A DNA stretch of 64,000 nucleotides, from contig JAZLBQ010000004.1 of the NCBI GenBank assembly GCA_045613785.1, forward strand, positions 64,001 through 128,000, read 5' to 3'. The stretch comes from Candidatus Enterousia sp. Its GTDB lineage: Bacteria; Pseudomonadota; Alphaproteobacteria; Rs-D84. Numbering within the stretch: the first letter of the stretch is position 1; each line of letters starts with the position of its first letter. Shown one piece after another: positions 46,346 through 56,289 of this stretch. The notes beneath the pieces are model-generated. The model worked only from the letters and a program-made list of their open reading frames with translations. It had not been told where the DNA came from and did no database searches. The position numbers and the translations under genes are program-made.

Positions 46346-47404
46346 TCATTTCACCAAATTTACTGTTACATCGTCCAGAATCAATAATCCATTTGGGGTT
46401 GCACGAATGCGACCGTCTTGAATCTGAACCAGTTCAGGGTTGTTTTTGACCCAGTCTATATCAATAACCTTTTTTACATCGTCTGTCAATTGGCAACCGC
46501 ACACAGTCCGCATTCCCATCAAGACTTTTTCAATTGCTCGTGTTTCATTATCGATTGCGACAAATTTTTGATTTGCACCCATTTGTTCATACCAAATGCC
46601 ATCAATACAAACTCTGCCTGCTGCACCACGTCCGATGCCGATGTATGCACCGCCGTCCCATATGTTTAAATTATGCTGGCATTCGTTCCCTGGGGTTGCA
46701 TAGTTTGAAACCTCATATCGGGGCAGGGTCAGTGTTTTTTCTATCGCCATATACATATCTGCCATTATTTCATTGTCTGGCATATTTAAATTCATTTTTC
46801 CAAAAGGTGTGTTCGGCTCTATTGTCAGTTCGTATAAAGAACAGTGTTCAATTCCGATTTGGTTTATTTGTTCGCACGTTAAAATAACATCATTTACTGT
46901 TTCGTTTGGCAGTCCATAAATAAAGTCAGCCGATGTTCGCAAATTTAACTTTTTTGCAGATTGAATCAATTTGATTGTATCGTTTGCACTGTGTCTGCGT
47001 CCCAAAAATTTTAGTTTTTCATCACTTAAACTTTGAACGCCGATTGAAATACGGTTGATTCCAGCTTGGACAAAGTCTTTTAATTTGTCTTCGTCAATCG
47101 TTCCAGGGTTAGCCTCTATGGTGATTTCTGCGTCTTTGGGTAAAATAAAGTTTTGTTTTAATATCTGGATAATTTTTTCAAAGCAATCAACTGGCATCAG
47201 CGAAGGTGTGCCACCACCAAAGAATACAGTTGGCACGATTATGTCAGGCATTTTTTCAGCCCACTGCAAGATTTCCTTGCAAATACCATCTGAGTATTCT
47301 GTCCAGTCTGGGTTTGCACATGCCCACGACATAAAAGCACAATAATTGCACTTTGATTTGCAAAAAGGCACATGAATATAAATATTGTGTGGCATATTTT
47401 TCAT
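46346..47404 (-). CDS. hemW: Radical SAM heme chaperone HemW (HemN-like)
   Basis: YIHVPFCKSKCNYCAF (CxxxCxxC), FFGGGTPS, EITIEANP, YEVSNYA…HNLNIW; start uncertain. Confidence 0.9.
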   Translation of the reverse strand: MKNMPHNIYIHVPFCKSKCNYCAFMSWACANPDWTEYSDGICKEILQWAEKMPDIIVPTVFFGGGTPSLMPVDCFEKIIQILKQNFILPKDAEITIEANPGTIDEDKLKDFVQAGINRISIGVQSLSDEKLKFLGRRHSANDTIKLIQSAKKLNLRTSADFIYGLPNETVNDVILTCEQINQIGIEHCSLYELTIEPNTPFGKMNLNMPDNEIMADMYMAIEKTLTLPRYEVSNYATPGNECQHNLNIWDGGAYIGIGRGAAGRVCIDGIWYEQMGANQKFVAIDNETRAIEKVLMGMRTVCGCQLTDDVKKVIDIDWVKNNPELVQIQDGRIRATPNGLLILDDVTVNLVK

Positions 47405-47505
47405 TTCATCGGACAGTTTACAACACAAAATAATCGGTGCAAGGGATAAATTAAAATACTTTTCACAGTTTCAAAATTATGTTATAATACGAACAACGTT
47501 ATACG

Positions 47506-49029
47506 ATGAAGGCAAGGTCAATTCTATTTTTATCGGGGATTTTTGCACCGTTTGCGGCGTTTGCTGCGAACGAAGGTGTGCCTGCGTATTATCAAACATC
47601 GTCTGCCCCGACAGCAAATCAGGTTGCTTATGGCCAATATGCGGATCAAGGATATACAAGATACGTTGGTAAATCTGGGAATAAACAGGTTGTTGGCTCA
47701 CGTTCTTATTCATATCAGGTTCCACGTCCGCAAGTTCAAGAGCCAACATTTGTCGGCACAATGACGGCGAACGGCATTGCGATGCCTGCGGAAATGGAAC
47801 CAAAAACCGCAATGTATCTTGGGTATTCTCGTCGTTTTTCTGATTTTGAATTTGAAACAGGTGTAAATTCTATACTTGAATGGGACGACATGGTTTGGAA
47901 TGAAATCCATGTTGGTGCCCATCATAATTTTACACTGCGTAATTTTGATTTGTCTTTCTATGGCGAATATGTCTATGGTCAAATGTCGCACGGTGGTCTG
48001 TCAATGGACTATGACCTTAAGCCGTTTGATATGTCTGATCCAGGCTATGGAATTTTTACAATTTCTATGGGTGATCAATCTGGTCGCAGTAATTATTTTC
48101 GTTTTGGCGTGTCTGCCCACCACATCTGGGATGTAGGTGGTTGGAAATTGTCGCCAACATTTGGTTATGAGATATTTAAGCATAACCTGGAAATGTCCAA
48201 TCATTATTATCCAAACCCTGGAATTTATCTGCCTTTGATGACGGATCAGGGATATTATGTGTATGGAAATGAATTGGGTGAATATTTTTCTGTTCCAATT
48301 GGTGCGACACCTCCCGAAGATTGGTATCAAGTGTGCATGTCGCCAGAAGATATCAAAGTTGTAACAAATGCATCGTCTGGTGCAACTGTCGAAGGATTTC
48401 CTTACTTGGGCAATTCATTGGTGACCGGCGATTATGAAATTGCAATGGGTGATATTCCATGGGGTGTAAACGCAGGCGAATGTGTAATTATTGGTGGTGA
48501 TGGTCCAATCGTTGTCGAAGGAACAACTCACGAATACAACACGACTTGGTCTGGATTTTATGTTGGTCTAGAAGCGGAAAAGCAAATGACCCTAAAAGAC
48601 AAGTTGCGTTTTTATGTTCAGTTTGGATTGCCAAAGTATTCGTCTGAAGGTATCTGGCCAAATCGCACAGATTGGCAACAGAACCCAAGTTTCTTGGACG
48701 AAGGCAGCAATGGTGCATATTCATACATTGCGGAAATGGAATATAATTATCGTTTATCTGACCGCCTGCAGTTTGCATTAAAGGTTGACACAAACCTGTT
48801 CCATGTTGGCCAGATTCCTGGGGAATTATACATTGCTGAATACAGCCAGTATGTAATTGATGAAAACGGTCAGTATGTTATGGAAGAAGTCTTTGATGAC
48901 TATGGCAATGTATATTACGTTCCATTGTTGGAAACAGTTCCAGCCCACACAGAAAAAGTGTCAGAGTCATTAAAGCATGCAACCTGGCAGTCGTTTGGTT
49001 TGCATTTGGGCTTTAAATATTCATTTTAA
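47506..49029 (+). CDS. Outer-membrane beta-barrel protein, omptin-like outline with large acidic inserts
   Basis: Signal peptide; SILEWDD, alternating aromatic strands, C-terminal GLHLGFKYSF. Confidence 0.7.
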   Translation: MKARSILFLSGIFAPFAAFAANEGVPAYYQTSSAPTANQVAYGQYADQGYTRYVGKSGNKQVVGSRSYSYQVPRPQVQEPTFVGTMTANGIAMPAEMEPKTAMYLGYSRRFSDFEFETGVNSILEWDDMVWNEIHVGAHHNFTLRNFDLSFYGEYVYGQMSHGGLSMDYDLKPFDMSDPGYGIFTISMGDQSGRSNYFRFGVSAHHIWDVGGWKLSPTFGYEIFKHNLEMSNHYYPNPGIYLPLMTDQGYYVYGNELGEYFSVPIGATPPEDWYQVCMSPEDIKVVTNASSGATVEGFPYLGNSLVTGDYEIAMGDIPWGVNAGECVIIGGDGPIVVEGTTHEYNTTWSGFYVGLEAEKQMTLKDKLRFYVQFGLPKYSSEGIWPNRTDWQQNPSFLDEGSNGAYSYIAEMEYNYRLSDRLQFALKVDTNLFHVGQIPGELYIAEYSQYVIDENGQYVMEEVFDDYGNVYYVPLLETVPAHTEKVSESLKHATWQSFGLHLGFKYSF

Positions 49030-49034
49030 AAATA

Positions 49035-50093
49035 ATGGGGGCTGTTATGCATAAAGTATCAAAGTGGCTGATTGCAGCGACATTTTGTGTGCCGTTTGTT
49101 GCACATGCAGAACGTGGTTCGTTTGATGTAGAGCGTTGGTATGCCTTGCAGGATTCTGTGCGTTCTCGTGCGGCATCTGAAAACATATCAGAAGAAATGA
49201 TATCTTCGACCTTACGCAGTCCTGCCTTTATTCCATCGATTGTTCGCAGTGACAAGAATCAATCTGAATTCAAATTGACATTGGACGGTTATCTTGAACG
49301 CACGGTCAATCAAACACGTATTGCAACAGGTCGTCGTATGCGTGCAACATATCCAACGATGTTATCACGTGTTGAAAACAAATTTGGTGTTCCTCCGCAC
49401 ATTATATTGGCATTTTGGGGTATGGAATCAAACTATGGTGCAGTCAAGGCACGCCATAAATTGACAGATGCTTTTTTTACATTGATGTATGATGGTCGTC
49501 GTGAAACATTTTTTACAAACCAGTTGATTGCACTGATGAAGATTGCAGATAAAAACAGTCTGGATATCAATGGGATTTCTGGGTCTTGGGCTGGTGCGAT
49601 GGGGCATTTTCAGTTTATTCCAACAACATTGGCACAATATGGTGTTGATGGCAATTCTGACGGTCGTGTTGATATAATAAATAATATTGCCGATGCGATG
49701 TTCAGTGCCGGCAATTATCTGAGCAAATTGGGCTGGAATAAAAACGAGCGAATAGTTCGTCGTGTTATTTTGCCTGCTGATTTTGATTTGTCGTTGCTGG
49801 ACGGCAAGACAAAGTTGACATTACCCCAGTGGTCATCAATGGGTGTGGTAAATCCAGATGGTAGTCCGATTCCACAAAATGATTTAACGGCGGGTCTTGT
49901 TGCAGATGTTGCAGCGATTGATGTGGCTCGTTCAGCTGCAGCCTCAACAACGGCAGGATTAGATGCGGATATTGCACCGATGCCTGTTATAACGGCATAT
50001 TTGACCTATCCAAATTTTTATAGAATCAAGAAATGGAATAATTCAAATTGGTATGCGATTGCGATTGCGAATCTTGCTGACGAATTGCACTAA
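49035..50093 (+). CDS. Lytic murein transglycosylase (MltB/SLT_2 family)
   Basis: AFWGMESNYG, GSWAGAMGHFQFIP, DGNSDGRVD, NF.RIKKWNNSNWYA. Confidence 0.95.
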   Translation: MGAVMHKVSKWLIAATFCVPFVAHAERGSFDVERWYALQDSVRSRAASENISEEMISSTLRSPAFIPSIVRSDKNQSEFKLTLDGYLERTVNQTRIATGRRMRATYPTMLSRVENKFGVPPHIILAFWGMESNYGAVKARHKLTDAFFTLMYDGRRETFFTNQLIALMKIADKNSLDINGISGSWAGAMGHFQFIPTTLAQYGVDGNSDGRVDIINNIADAMFSAGNYLSKLGWNKNERIVRRVILPADFDLSLLDGKTKLTLPQWSSMGVVNPDGSPIPQNDLTAGLVADVAAIDVARSAAASTTAGLDADIAPMPVITAYLTYPNFYRIKKWNNSNWYAIAIANLADELH

Positions 50094-50099
50094 GAAGGT

Positions 50100-50124
50100 C
50101 CCCACTAAAAGTGGGGCTTTTTTT
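50100..50124 (+). terminator. Intrinsic terminator
   Basis: CCCCACT-aaa-AGTGGGG followed by T run. Confidence 0.7.
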
Positions 50125-50210
50125 GTTATTGGTCAATATAAATAAAATCGTTGAATATTAGGCATTTGTTTGATATTCTTTTCCCATAGGTTTTATACAA
50201 GGATATATTT

Positions 50211-51167
50211 ATGGCAATTAAAATTCGTGATTTCGAGGTAAGACTTACGCGAAACAAAGAAGAAAGAAAGCAGGTTCGTCAATTACGCTATCAGGTGTTT
50301 TGCCTGGAAGAGGGGGCATCCGCTACCGAGGAACAACGTGCCTTGGGCGAAGAATATGATTCATACGACCGCTTTGCGGAATATATGGCGGTTTTTCATC
50401 AGGGACGTGTTGTTGGGACATACCGTATAATTGATCGCCGTGCTGCGGAAAAGATGGGTGGTTTCTATACTGAAAATGAGTTTAATATATCCAAGATAAA
50501 AAAATACCATGGCAATATTGCGGAAATGTCCCGTGCATGCGTTGACGCTGCTTACCGTGAAAACGCACTTGTTATGCGTATGTTGTGGGCAGGGTTGGGC
50601 GAATTGATTGTCCGTCGCAAGATTGGTGTTTTATTTGGAGTTGCGTCATTTGTTGGGACTAAACCGGCACGTTCTGCCCAGGCAATATCATATCTGTATT
50701 ACAATCATTTAACACCGCTGCGTTTGCGTGCAACAGTGTTGTCTGAAAAGTTTGATGAAGGTGTAAATCCAAAATTGGCACGTATGAACATTTTGCCACG
50801 TGAATTTGTTGATGCAGCTGACGCTAAATCAGAAATGACCCCATTGATAAAGGGTTATTTGCGTCTGGGCGCAACATTTGGTCGTGGTGTGTTTGTTGAT
50901 GCACCGTTCAATTCGTATGATGTATTTGTAATGATTGAAACACGTAAAATGGACGCTGCGTATCAAAAGCATTTCTTGGGGCGTGAAAATGCGTTGGGCG
51001 ACCCTAATGAAGACAAAGAGAACATTATCAAGACTGTTGGAAAAATAATGACGTTCCCTGTTGTTGGACCGTTCAAGGTTGTGCGTGCATTTGTTGACTT
51101 CTTGTTGCGTGAAGATGCTGCTGACGTTGAATACATCGAAGACAGTGAAAAAACCGAAGAACAGTAA
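50211..51167 (+). CDS. GNAT amino-acid N-acyltransferase, OlsB-like
   Basis: LRYQVF, VVGTYR, FYTENEF, EMSRACV..AYR, PLIKGYLRLGA. Confidence 0.85.
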   Translation: MAIKIRDFEVRLTRNKEERKQVRQLRYQVFCLEEGASATEEQRALGEEYDSYDRFAEYMAVFHQGRVVGTYRIIDRRAAEKMGGFYTENEFNISKIKKYHGNIAEMSRACVDAAYRENALVMRMLWAGLGELIVRRKIGVLFGVASFVGTKPARSAQAISYLYYNHLTPLRLRATVLSEKFDEGVNPKLARMNILPREFVDAADAKSEMTPLIKGYLRLGATFGRGVFVDAPFNSYDVFVMIETRKMDAAYQKHFLGRENALGDPNEDKENIIKTVGKIMTFPVVGPFKVVRAFVDFLLREDAADVEYIEDSEKTEEQ

Positions 51168-51169
51168 AA

Positions 51170-51988
51170 ATGGCAAAATTGCGTAAACAGAATATTTTTA
51201 ACACAACGACTGCGGCAATTAAATTCTTGCTGTTCTGGGTGCTGGTTGTTGTCCAGTTACCAATAATAGTATTTATGCCACACAGTTTGGCGGTTCGCTA
51301 TATGCCGATATTTATGTGGGGTTTGGTTCGGCTGTCTGGGGTAAAAATCGTAGTTCACGGAAAATTATCGGACAAGCGTCCATTGATGGTTGTGTCAAAT
51401 CATATATCTGTGTTTGAAATTGCGACCTTTCCTTTTGCATTTCGTGGCAGTTTTATTGCCAAAAAAGAAATGGAAAATTGGCCTTTGGTTGGTTGGGTTG
51501 CCAAGAAGTTTGGCGTTATATTCGTTGACCGTCGTCCATCGCACGCCCACGATGCACTGGCTGTTGTGCAAAAAGCGGTTCAAACGGTTAAATATCCAAT
51601 GATACTGTTTCCCGAAGGAACAACGACCAACGGTGCATATGTAAAGCCATTTAAAAGCACGCTGTTTAACTTTGTTGAAAATTCAAATGTGACGGTTCAG
51701 CCAATGGCAATGCACTATCGCTATCGGGACGGTTCTGTCATTGACGAACAGACATTGGCCGACCACTTTGCGTATTTTGATAATTCGAAAATGGAAACCG
51801 GCCCCAAATGCAAGCGTGAACGCAGTGCCTTTGGCCAAGTGTTTCACATAATGATGCTGGGTGGCTTTACGGTTGAAATTACATTGCTGCCACCACCGCC
51901 CCTGGCGGGGTTAAACAGAAAGCAGATTGCTGAAACACTGCACACAATCGTTTCAGAAAAATATATGGAATTAAAAGATAAAAAATAA
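51170..51988 (+). CDS. PlsC-family acyltransferase, OlsA-like by context
   Basis: VSNHISVFE (HX4E variant), FIAKKE, FVDR, LFPEGTT. Confidence 0.85.
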   Translation: MAKLRKQNIFNTTTAAIKFLLFWVLVVVQLPIIVFMPHSLAVRYMPIFMWGLVRLSGVKIVVHGKLSDKRPLMVVSNHISVFEIATFPFAFRGSFIAKKEMENWPLVGWVAKKFGVIFVDRRPSHAHDALAVVQKAVQTVKYPMILFPEGTTTNGAYVKPFKSTLFNFVENSNVTVQPMAMHYRYRDGSVIDEQTLADHFAYFDNSKMETGPKCKRERSAFGQVFHIMMLGGFTVEITLLPPPPLAGLNRKQIAETLHTIVSEKYMELKDKK

Positions 51989-52012
51989 TTAAGCAATAAA
52001 GAGATTTATAAA

Positions 52013-53293
52013 ATGAGAATTGAAAATTTATGTGTTCGTCGTCTGATTGGCGACGTTGCAGGTGCCACGACCCATGGTCACAAGATGGCGGTCAAAGGCG
52101 GTTATATTTACCAAACGTTTCAGGGTGGATACACCTTGTCACCATTGGGCTGGCGTGTTGTTCGTAATATTGAAAATATTATTCGCAGTGAAATGGACGG
52201 TATTGACGGCCAAGAAATCTTGATGCCTGTTGTTGCAGGGGCGGATATTTGGCGTGAAAGTGGTCGTTATGATACGGTCGATGTTCTGGCAAAGTTCAAG
52301 GGGCGTTCTGGTGCGGATTATGTCTTGAATCCAACCCATGAAGAGGTTGTCGTTGACTATGTAAAGTCAGTTTTGGAAACATATCGTCAAATGCCATTTA
52401 TGGTATATCAGATTCAAACAAAATTCCGTGATGAATTGCGTGTTCGTGCAGGCTTAATCCGCACACGTGAATTTATAATGAAGGATGCATATTCATTTCA
52501 CGAAACGCAATCAGACCTAGAAAATTATTATAATCGTTGTCACGGTGCATACGAACGCATATTTGCCCGTTGTGGCCTGAAAAATGTTGTCAGCGTTTTG
52601 TCATCAACTGGCGATATGGGCGGCAGTGTTGCGCACGAATTCCAACTGGTAAATGAAATGGGCGAAGACACAATATTCTTGTGCGATTGTGGGTATAGCA
52701 CTAACAAGGAATTGGTCGATGAAGACACAGAAATTTGTCCAAAATGTGGTGCAAAATTGAACAAAGTTCGTGGAATTGAAATTGGAAATATTTTCCAACT
52801 TGGGACCAAGTATTCTGAATCTATGAACCTGACTTATACCGCCCCGGACGGGGAATCCAAGCATCCCATAATGGGGTGTTATGGTATTGGTGTTGGTCGC
52901 ACAATGGCGGCAATTATCGAAGAAAGTGCCGATGACAAGGGACCAATATGGAATGCAGCAACTGCGCCATTTATGGTCGAAGTTATTGGCTTGCCAGACA
53001 AGGACGGCAAGACATTGCCACTGGCAGAACAGGTTTATCAAAATATTAAATCAGCAGGCATAGAAGTCTTGCTTGATAATCGTGATGCCCGTGCTGGCGA
53101 AAAATTTGCAGATGCCGATTTAGTTTCTGCGCCAATTCGTCTGATAATATCTGCCAAGAATTTGGAGAATAATGCAATAGAGGTTAAGTATCGTGTGAAC
53201 GATGTTAATACATCTGGGATGAAAACGACATTTGGCTTGGATACATATATGTCAGAAACGGTTGATGCGATATTAAAATTACTAGGTAAATAA
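52013..53293 (+). CDS. proS: Proline--tRNA ligase (short form)
   Basis: PTHEE, KFRDELR..GLIRTREFIMKDAYSF, EIGNIFQLGTKYS, MGCYGIGVGR. Confidence 0.96.
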   Translation: MRIENLCVRRLIGDVAGATTHGHKMAVKGGYIYQTFQGGYTLSPLGWRVVRNIENIIRSEMDGIDGQEILMPVVAGADIWRESGRYDTVDVLAKFKGRSGADYVLNPTHEEVVVDYVKSVLETYRQMPFMVYQIQTKFRDELRVRAGLIRTREFIMKDAYSFHETQSDLENYYNRCHGAYERIFARCGLKNVVSVLSSTGDMGGSVAHEFQLVNEMGEDTIFLCDCGYSTNKELVDEDTEICPKCGAKLNKVRGIEIGNIFQLGTKYSESMNLTYTAPDGESKHPIMGCYGIGVGRTMAAIIEESADDKGPIWNAATAPFMVEVIGLPDKDGKTLPLAEQVYQNIKSAGIEVLLDNRDARAGEKFADADLVSAPIRLIISAKNLENNAIEVKYRVNDVNTSGMKTTFGLDTYMSETVDAILKLLGK

Positions 53294-53317
53294 AAACGGG
53301 GCATTGCCCCGTTTTTT
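53292..53317 (+). terminator. Intrinsic terminator
   Basis: AAAAACGGGGC-att-GCCCCGTTTTT. Confidence 0.75.
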
Positions 53318-53357
53318 GTGATATAATATCCCCTGTAATAAACAAGCGAGAGAGAAT

Positions 53358-54293
53358 ATGAAAATTTCAATTATTGGTCTGGGGTCGGTTGGCTCTGCGG
53401 TTGCCACAGCGGTTGCAAATACAGGGCTAGCAAATGAAATAGTGTTGTTTGATCGTGATGGTGTTCGTGCACGTGCTGCTGCCGAAGATTTAGGGCATGC
53501 TGCGGCTTTTTCGTATGATGTAAAAATCACCGCAGTAAACAATTATCGTTCAATTCGTGGTTCTGAAATTGTAATTATTGCTGCTGGTGCAAATCAACGT
53601 CCTGGTCAAACTCGCACGGATTTGTTGGCAGCAAATGCAGCCGTGATTTCAGATGTTGTTCCACGTGTTATGGCTAATGTTGACCCCAAGACTGTAAAGT
53701 TGATAATCGTCACAAATCCACTAGATGTTATGGTTATGCTGGCCCAGCGTCTGTCTAAATTGCCAGCGGGGCGTGTTATCGGCACGGGCACAATGTTGGA
53801 CTCTGCACGCCTTCGCACGATATTGTCACGCCAGTTATCTGTTTCAACCCAGTCAATAAATGCCTATGTTCTGGGCGAACACGGCGACAGCAGCATTGTT
53901 GCCTGGTCTTCGGCGTGTATTGGCGGTGTAGATTTGAATACATTCTGTCGCCAGACAAAAATTAGTCTGCCCATGACAACTCGTCGCACCATAGAGCATC
54001 GTGTTCATAATGCTGCCTATGAAATAATCCAAGGTCGTGGTGCAACCTGGGACGGCATTGCCGGTGCGGTTGCAGACCTGGTTCGTTGTATTGTTCGTGA
54101 TGAACACAGAATCGTGACTGTATCGATTGTTGATGGTATTGGCACACGTGCGTTATCAATGTCATTGCCACGTATTGTTGGTTGTAGTGGTGTTATTGCA
54201 ACGCTAATGCCGAAATTAGATTCCGAAGAAGCGTCTGCATTGCGTCGCAGTGGAAAGATAATCAGAAAAAACTATGATTCAATACCAAAATAA
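53358..54293 (+). CDS. ldh: L-lactate dehydrogenase family protein
   Basis: IIGLGSVG, AGANQRPGQTRTDL (Gln specificity residue), TNPLD, GTMLDSAR, GEHGDS. Confidence 0.88.
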   Translation: MKISIIGLGSVGSAVATAVANTGLANEIVLFDRDGVRARAAAEDLGHAAAFSYDVKITAVNNYRSIRGSEIVIIAAGANQRPGQTRTDLLAANAAVISDVVPRVMANVDPKTVKLIIVTNPLDVMVMLAQRLSKLPAGRVIGTGTMLDSARLRTILSRQLSVSTQSINAYVLGEHGDSSIVAWSSACIGGVDLNTFCRQTKISLPMTTRRTIEHRVHNAAYEIIQGRGATWDGIAGAVADLVRCIVRDEHRIVTVSIVDGIGTRALSMSLPRIVGCSGVIATLMPKLDSEEASALRRSGKIIRKNYDSIPK

Positions 54294-54320
54294 AAAAATC
54301 CCCAATTTGGGGATTTTTTT
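54292..54320. terminator. Bidirectional terminator
   Basis: A7-TCCCC-aattt-GGGGA-T7. Confidence 0.75.
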
Positions 54321-54658
54321 TAATTTGCACTTGGTGCTTCCGCAGGGGCTTGTTGTTCTGTTGCTGCTGCGGCTGCTTCCTGCTGAACAATTTCTTGACG
54401 CAGGTGGCTTTCCTGAACGGACATACCAGATTTTGCAGAAACCAAAGCCAACGCTGCACACAAAATAAAGAATATTGTCGCCAGCCAAGCGGTTGCACGT
54501 GTTAAAAAGTTTCCTGCTGCCGCCCCAGTCAACGCACCACCAAACATAGATGCTGCACTAGAACCTGACATACCAGAGCCTTCAGATTTTTGTAATAAAA
54601 TTAAACCAATCATCATAACGGCAACAATGACCAACAAAACTAGTAAAATTGAAAACAT
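54320..54658 (-). CDS. secG: Preprotein translocase subunit SecG
   Basis: ILLQKSEG.G, NFLTRATAWLATIF. Confidence 0.95.
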   Translation of the reverse strand: MFSILLVLLVIVAVMMIGLILLQKSEGSGMSGSSAASMFGGALTGAAAGNFLTRATAWLATIFFILCAALALVSAKSGMSVQESHLRQEIVQQEAAAAATEQQAPAEAPSAN

Positions 54659-54690
54659 ATCTTATTCCTTGTGTTAAATACGCACCGATT

Positions 54691-55338
54691 TTAATTCGCA
54701 GAATCTGAAATTGCAAGGATTTTCAGCAATGCTTCTGCTGCGGCAACGCTAGCCCCTTTTTTTGAAGTGCCTTTTCCCGTTGCAGATTTTCCCATTGCAC
54801 TAACCCGCACATTAAATACAGGGTTGTGCGATGCCCCGACAGATTCCAAATATTCATAGACCGGCAACTTGCCAGAATCCATCTGTTGAACCAGTTCTTG
54901 CAACGTTGTTTTTGGGTCTTTTGGTGCAACTACATCATTTGCCGCCAAATCACGCCAAATATCAACGATAATATTACTGGCAACGTCAATGCCAGCGTCC
55001 AGGTAAATTGCCCCCAGGATAGCCTCCATCGTGTTTGCAAGCATATGTTTGGTTCGACCTGCGGTCATATGTCCGTGTCGAACTTGCTTTTCCAGACCGA
55101 TTTTTTGTGCGATTTCCCCCAGTGTTTCGGTTGAAACCAGCATCGCATGACGACGTGCCAATTCGCCTTCGGTTTCATTTGGATACATTTTATACAGCAA
55201 CACCGCCACACTCAGTCCTAAAACACGGTCGCCAATAAATTCCAAGCGTTCATTATTGTGGTTTGAATCAACACCGCTTTGGGTCAATGCCAAATCCAGC
55301 AACTGTTTGTCTTTGAAAGTATAATTTAGAATATCCAT
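54691..55338 (-). CDS. rnc: Ribonuclease III
   Basis: NERLEFIGDRVLGL, EAILGAIYLD, dsRBD DPKTTLQE. Confidence 0.97.
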   Translation of the reverse strand: MDILNYTFKDKQLLDLALTQSGVDSNHNNERLEFIGDRVLGLSVAVLLYKMYPNETEGELARRHAMLVSTETLGEIAQKIGLEKQVRHGHMTAGRTKHMLANTMEAILGAIYLDAGIDVASNIIVDIWRDLAANDVVAPKDPKTTLQELVQQMDSGKLPVYEYLESVGASHNPVFNVRVSAMGKSATGKGTSKKGASVAAAEALLKILAISDSAN

Positions 55339-55339
55339 A

Positions 55340-56218
55340 TTATTTTACACCCATTCCCCAGCGGTTCCACCGCATTTTATTTCCCCAGTTCCAAACAGAC
55401 AACATTGGTGCGTAATAGTTGTGTGAATACCAAATAAACCAAACGTTGCCCAATACATTATCACGTGGCACAAAACCAACATCGCCACGACTATCGCCAC
55501 TGTTGTCACGATTGTCACCCATAAAGAAGAAATGATTTTCAGGCACAGTAAATACTTCTGTATCGTCAAAATAAGCATCGTCTGTCATTTCGATAATGCT
55601 GTGTTGAACGCCGTTTGGCAAAGTTTCTGTGTATTCCTTGCCATGGAAGACCCCGCACATACCGCTATACATATCACAGAAATTATCAGGTTTATATTCA
55701 ATAGTATAGTTAAATTCTGCAGGCTTGTTATCAATCCAAATTTTATTTCCTTTGATAGACATATTGTCTTTGTAATATCCGACGCTACGCATAGACTTTG
55801 GCAAAGTTGCAATAATGTATGGTCGTTCATTTTCGCGTGGGACTTGAACGTCATTTATGTGCAAGCGACCATTTATCATTTGAATTTTATCACCAGGTTT
55901 ACCAATCAATCGTTTTACATAGTCTTGTGATTCATTGATAGGGTTTCTGAAAACCACGATATCGCCAACTTCTGGTTCTGTTGCCCAAAAGCGTCCGTCC
56001 CACATTTTCCATGAACCAAATGGGAACGAGTATCTGGAATAACCATAAGACCACTTTTGAACAAAGATATGGTCACCAACATGCAGTGTTGGAATCATAG
56101 ACCCAGACGGAATATTAAACGGTTCCAGCAAGAAGCTACGAAAAACGATTGCGATAATCGCCCCATAAAATATAGTATTAAACCATTCACGTGCTGTATT
56201 TTTGTTTTTTGCTGGCAT
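55340..56218 (-). CDS. lepB: Signal peptidase I
   Basis: IPSGSMIPTL, DYVKRLIGKPGD, MGDNRDNSGDSR. Confidence 0.97.
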   Translation of the reverse strand: MPAKNKNTAREWFNTIFYGAIIAIVFRSFLLEPFNIPSGSMIPTLHVGDHIFVQKWSYGYSRYSFPFGSWKMWDGRFWATEPEVGDIVVFRNPINESQDYVKRLIGKPGDKIQMINGRLHINDVQVPRENERPYIIATLPKSMRSVGYYKDNMSIKGNKIWIDNKPAEFNYTIEYKPDNFCDMYSGMCGVFHGKEYTETLPNGVQHSIIEMTDDAYFDDTEVFTVPENHFFFMGDNRDNSGDSRGDVGFVPRDNVLGNVWFIWYSHNYYAPMLSVWNWGNKMRWNRWGMGVK

Positions 56219-56289
56219 ATATCAAATCCTTTTCTTTGGCAACTATAATAGAACTTGCGGAAGTCTAATTCAAGTTATAATATACCGAT

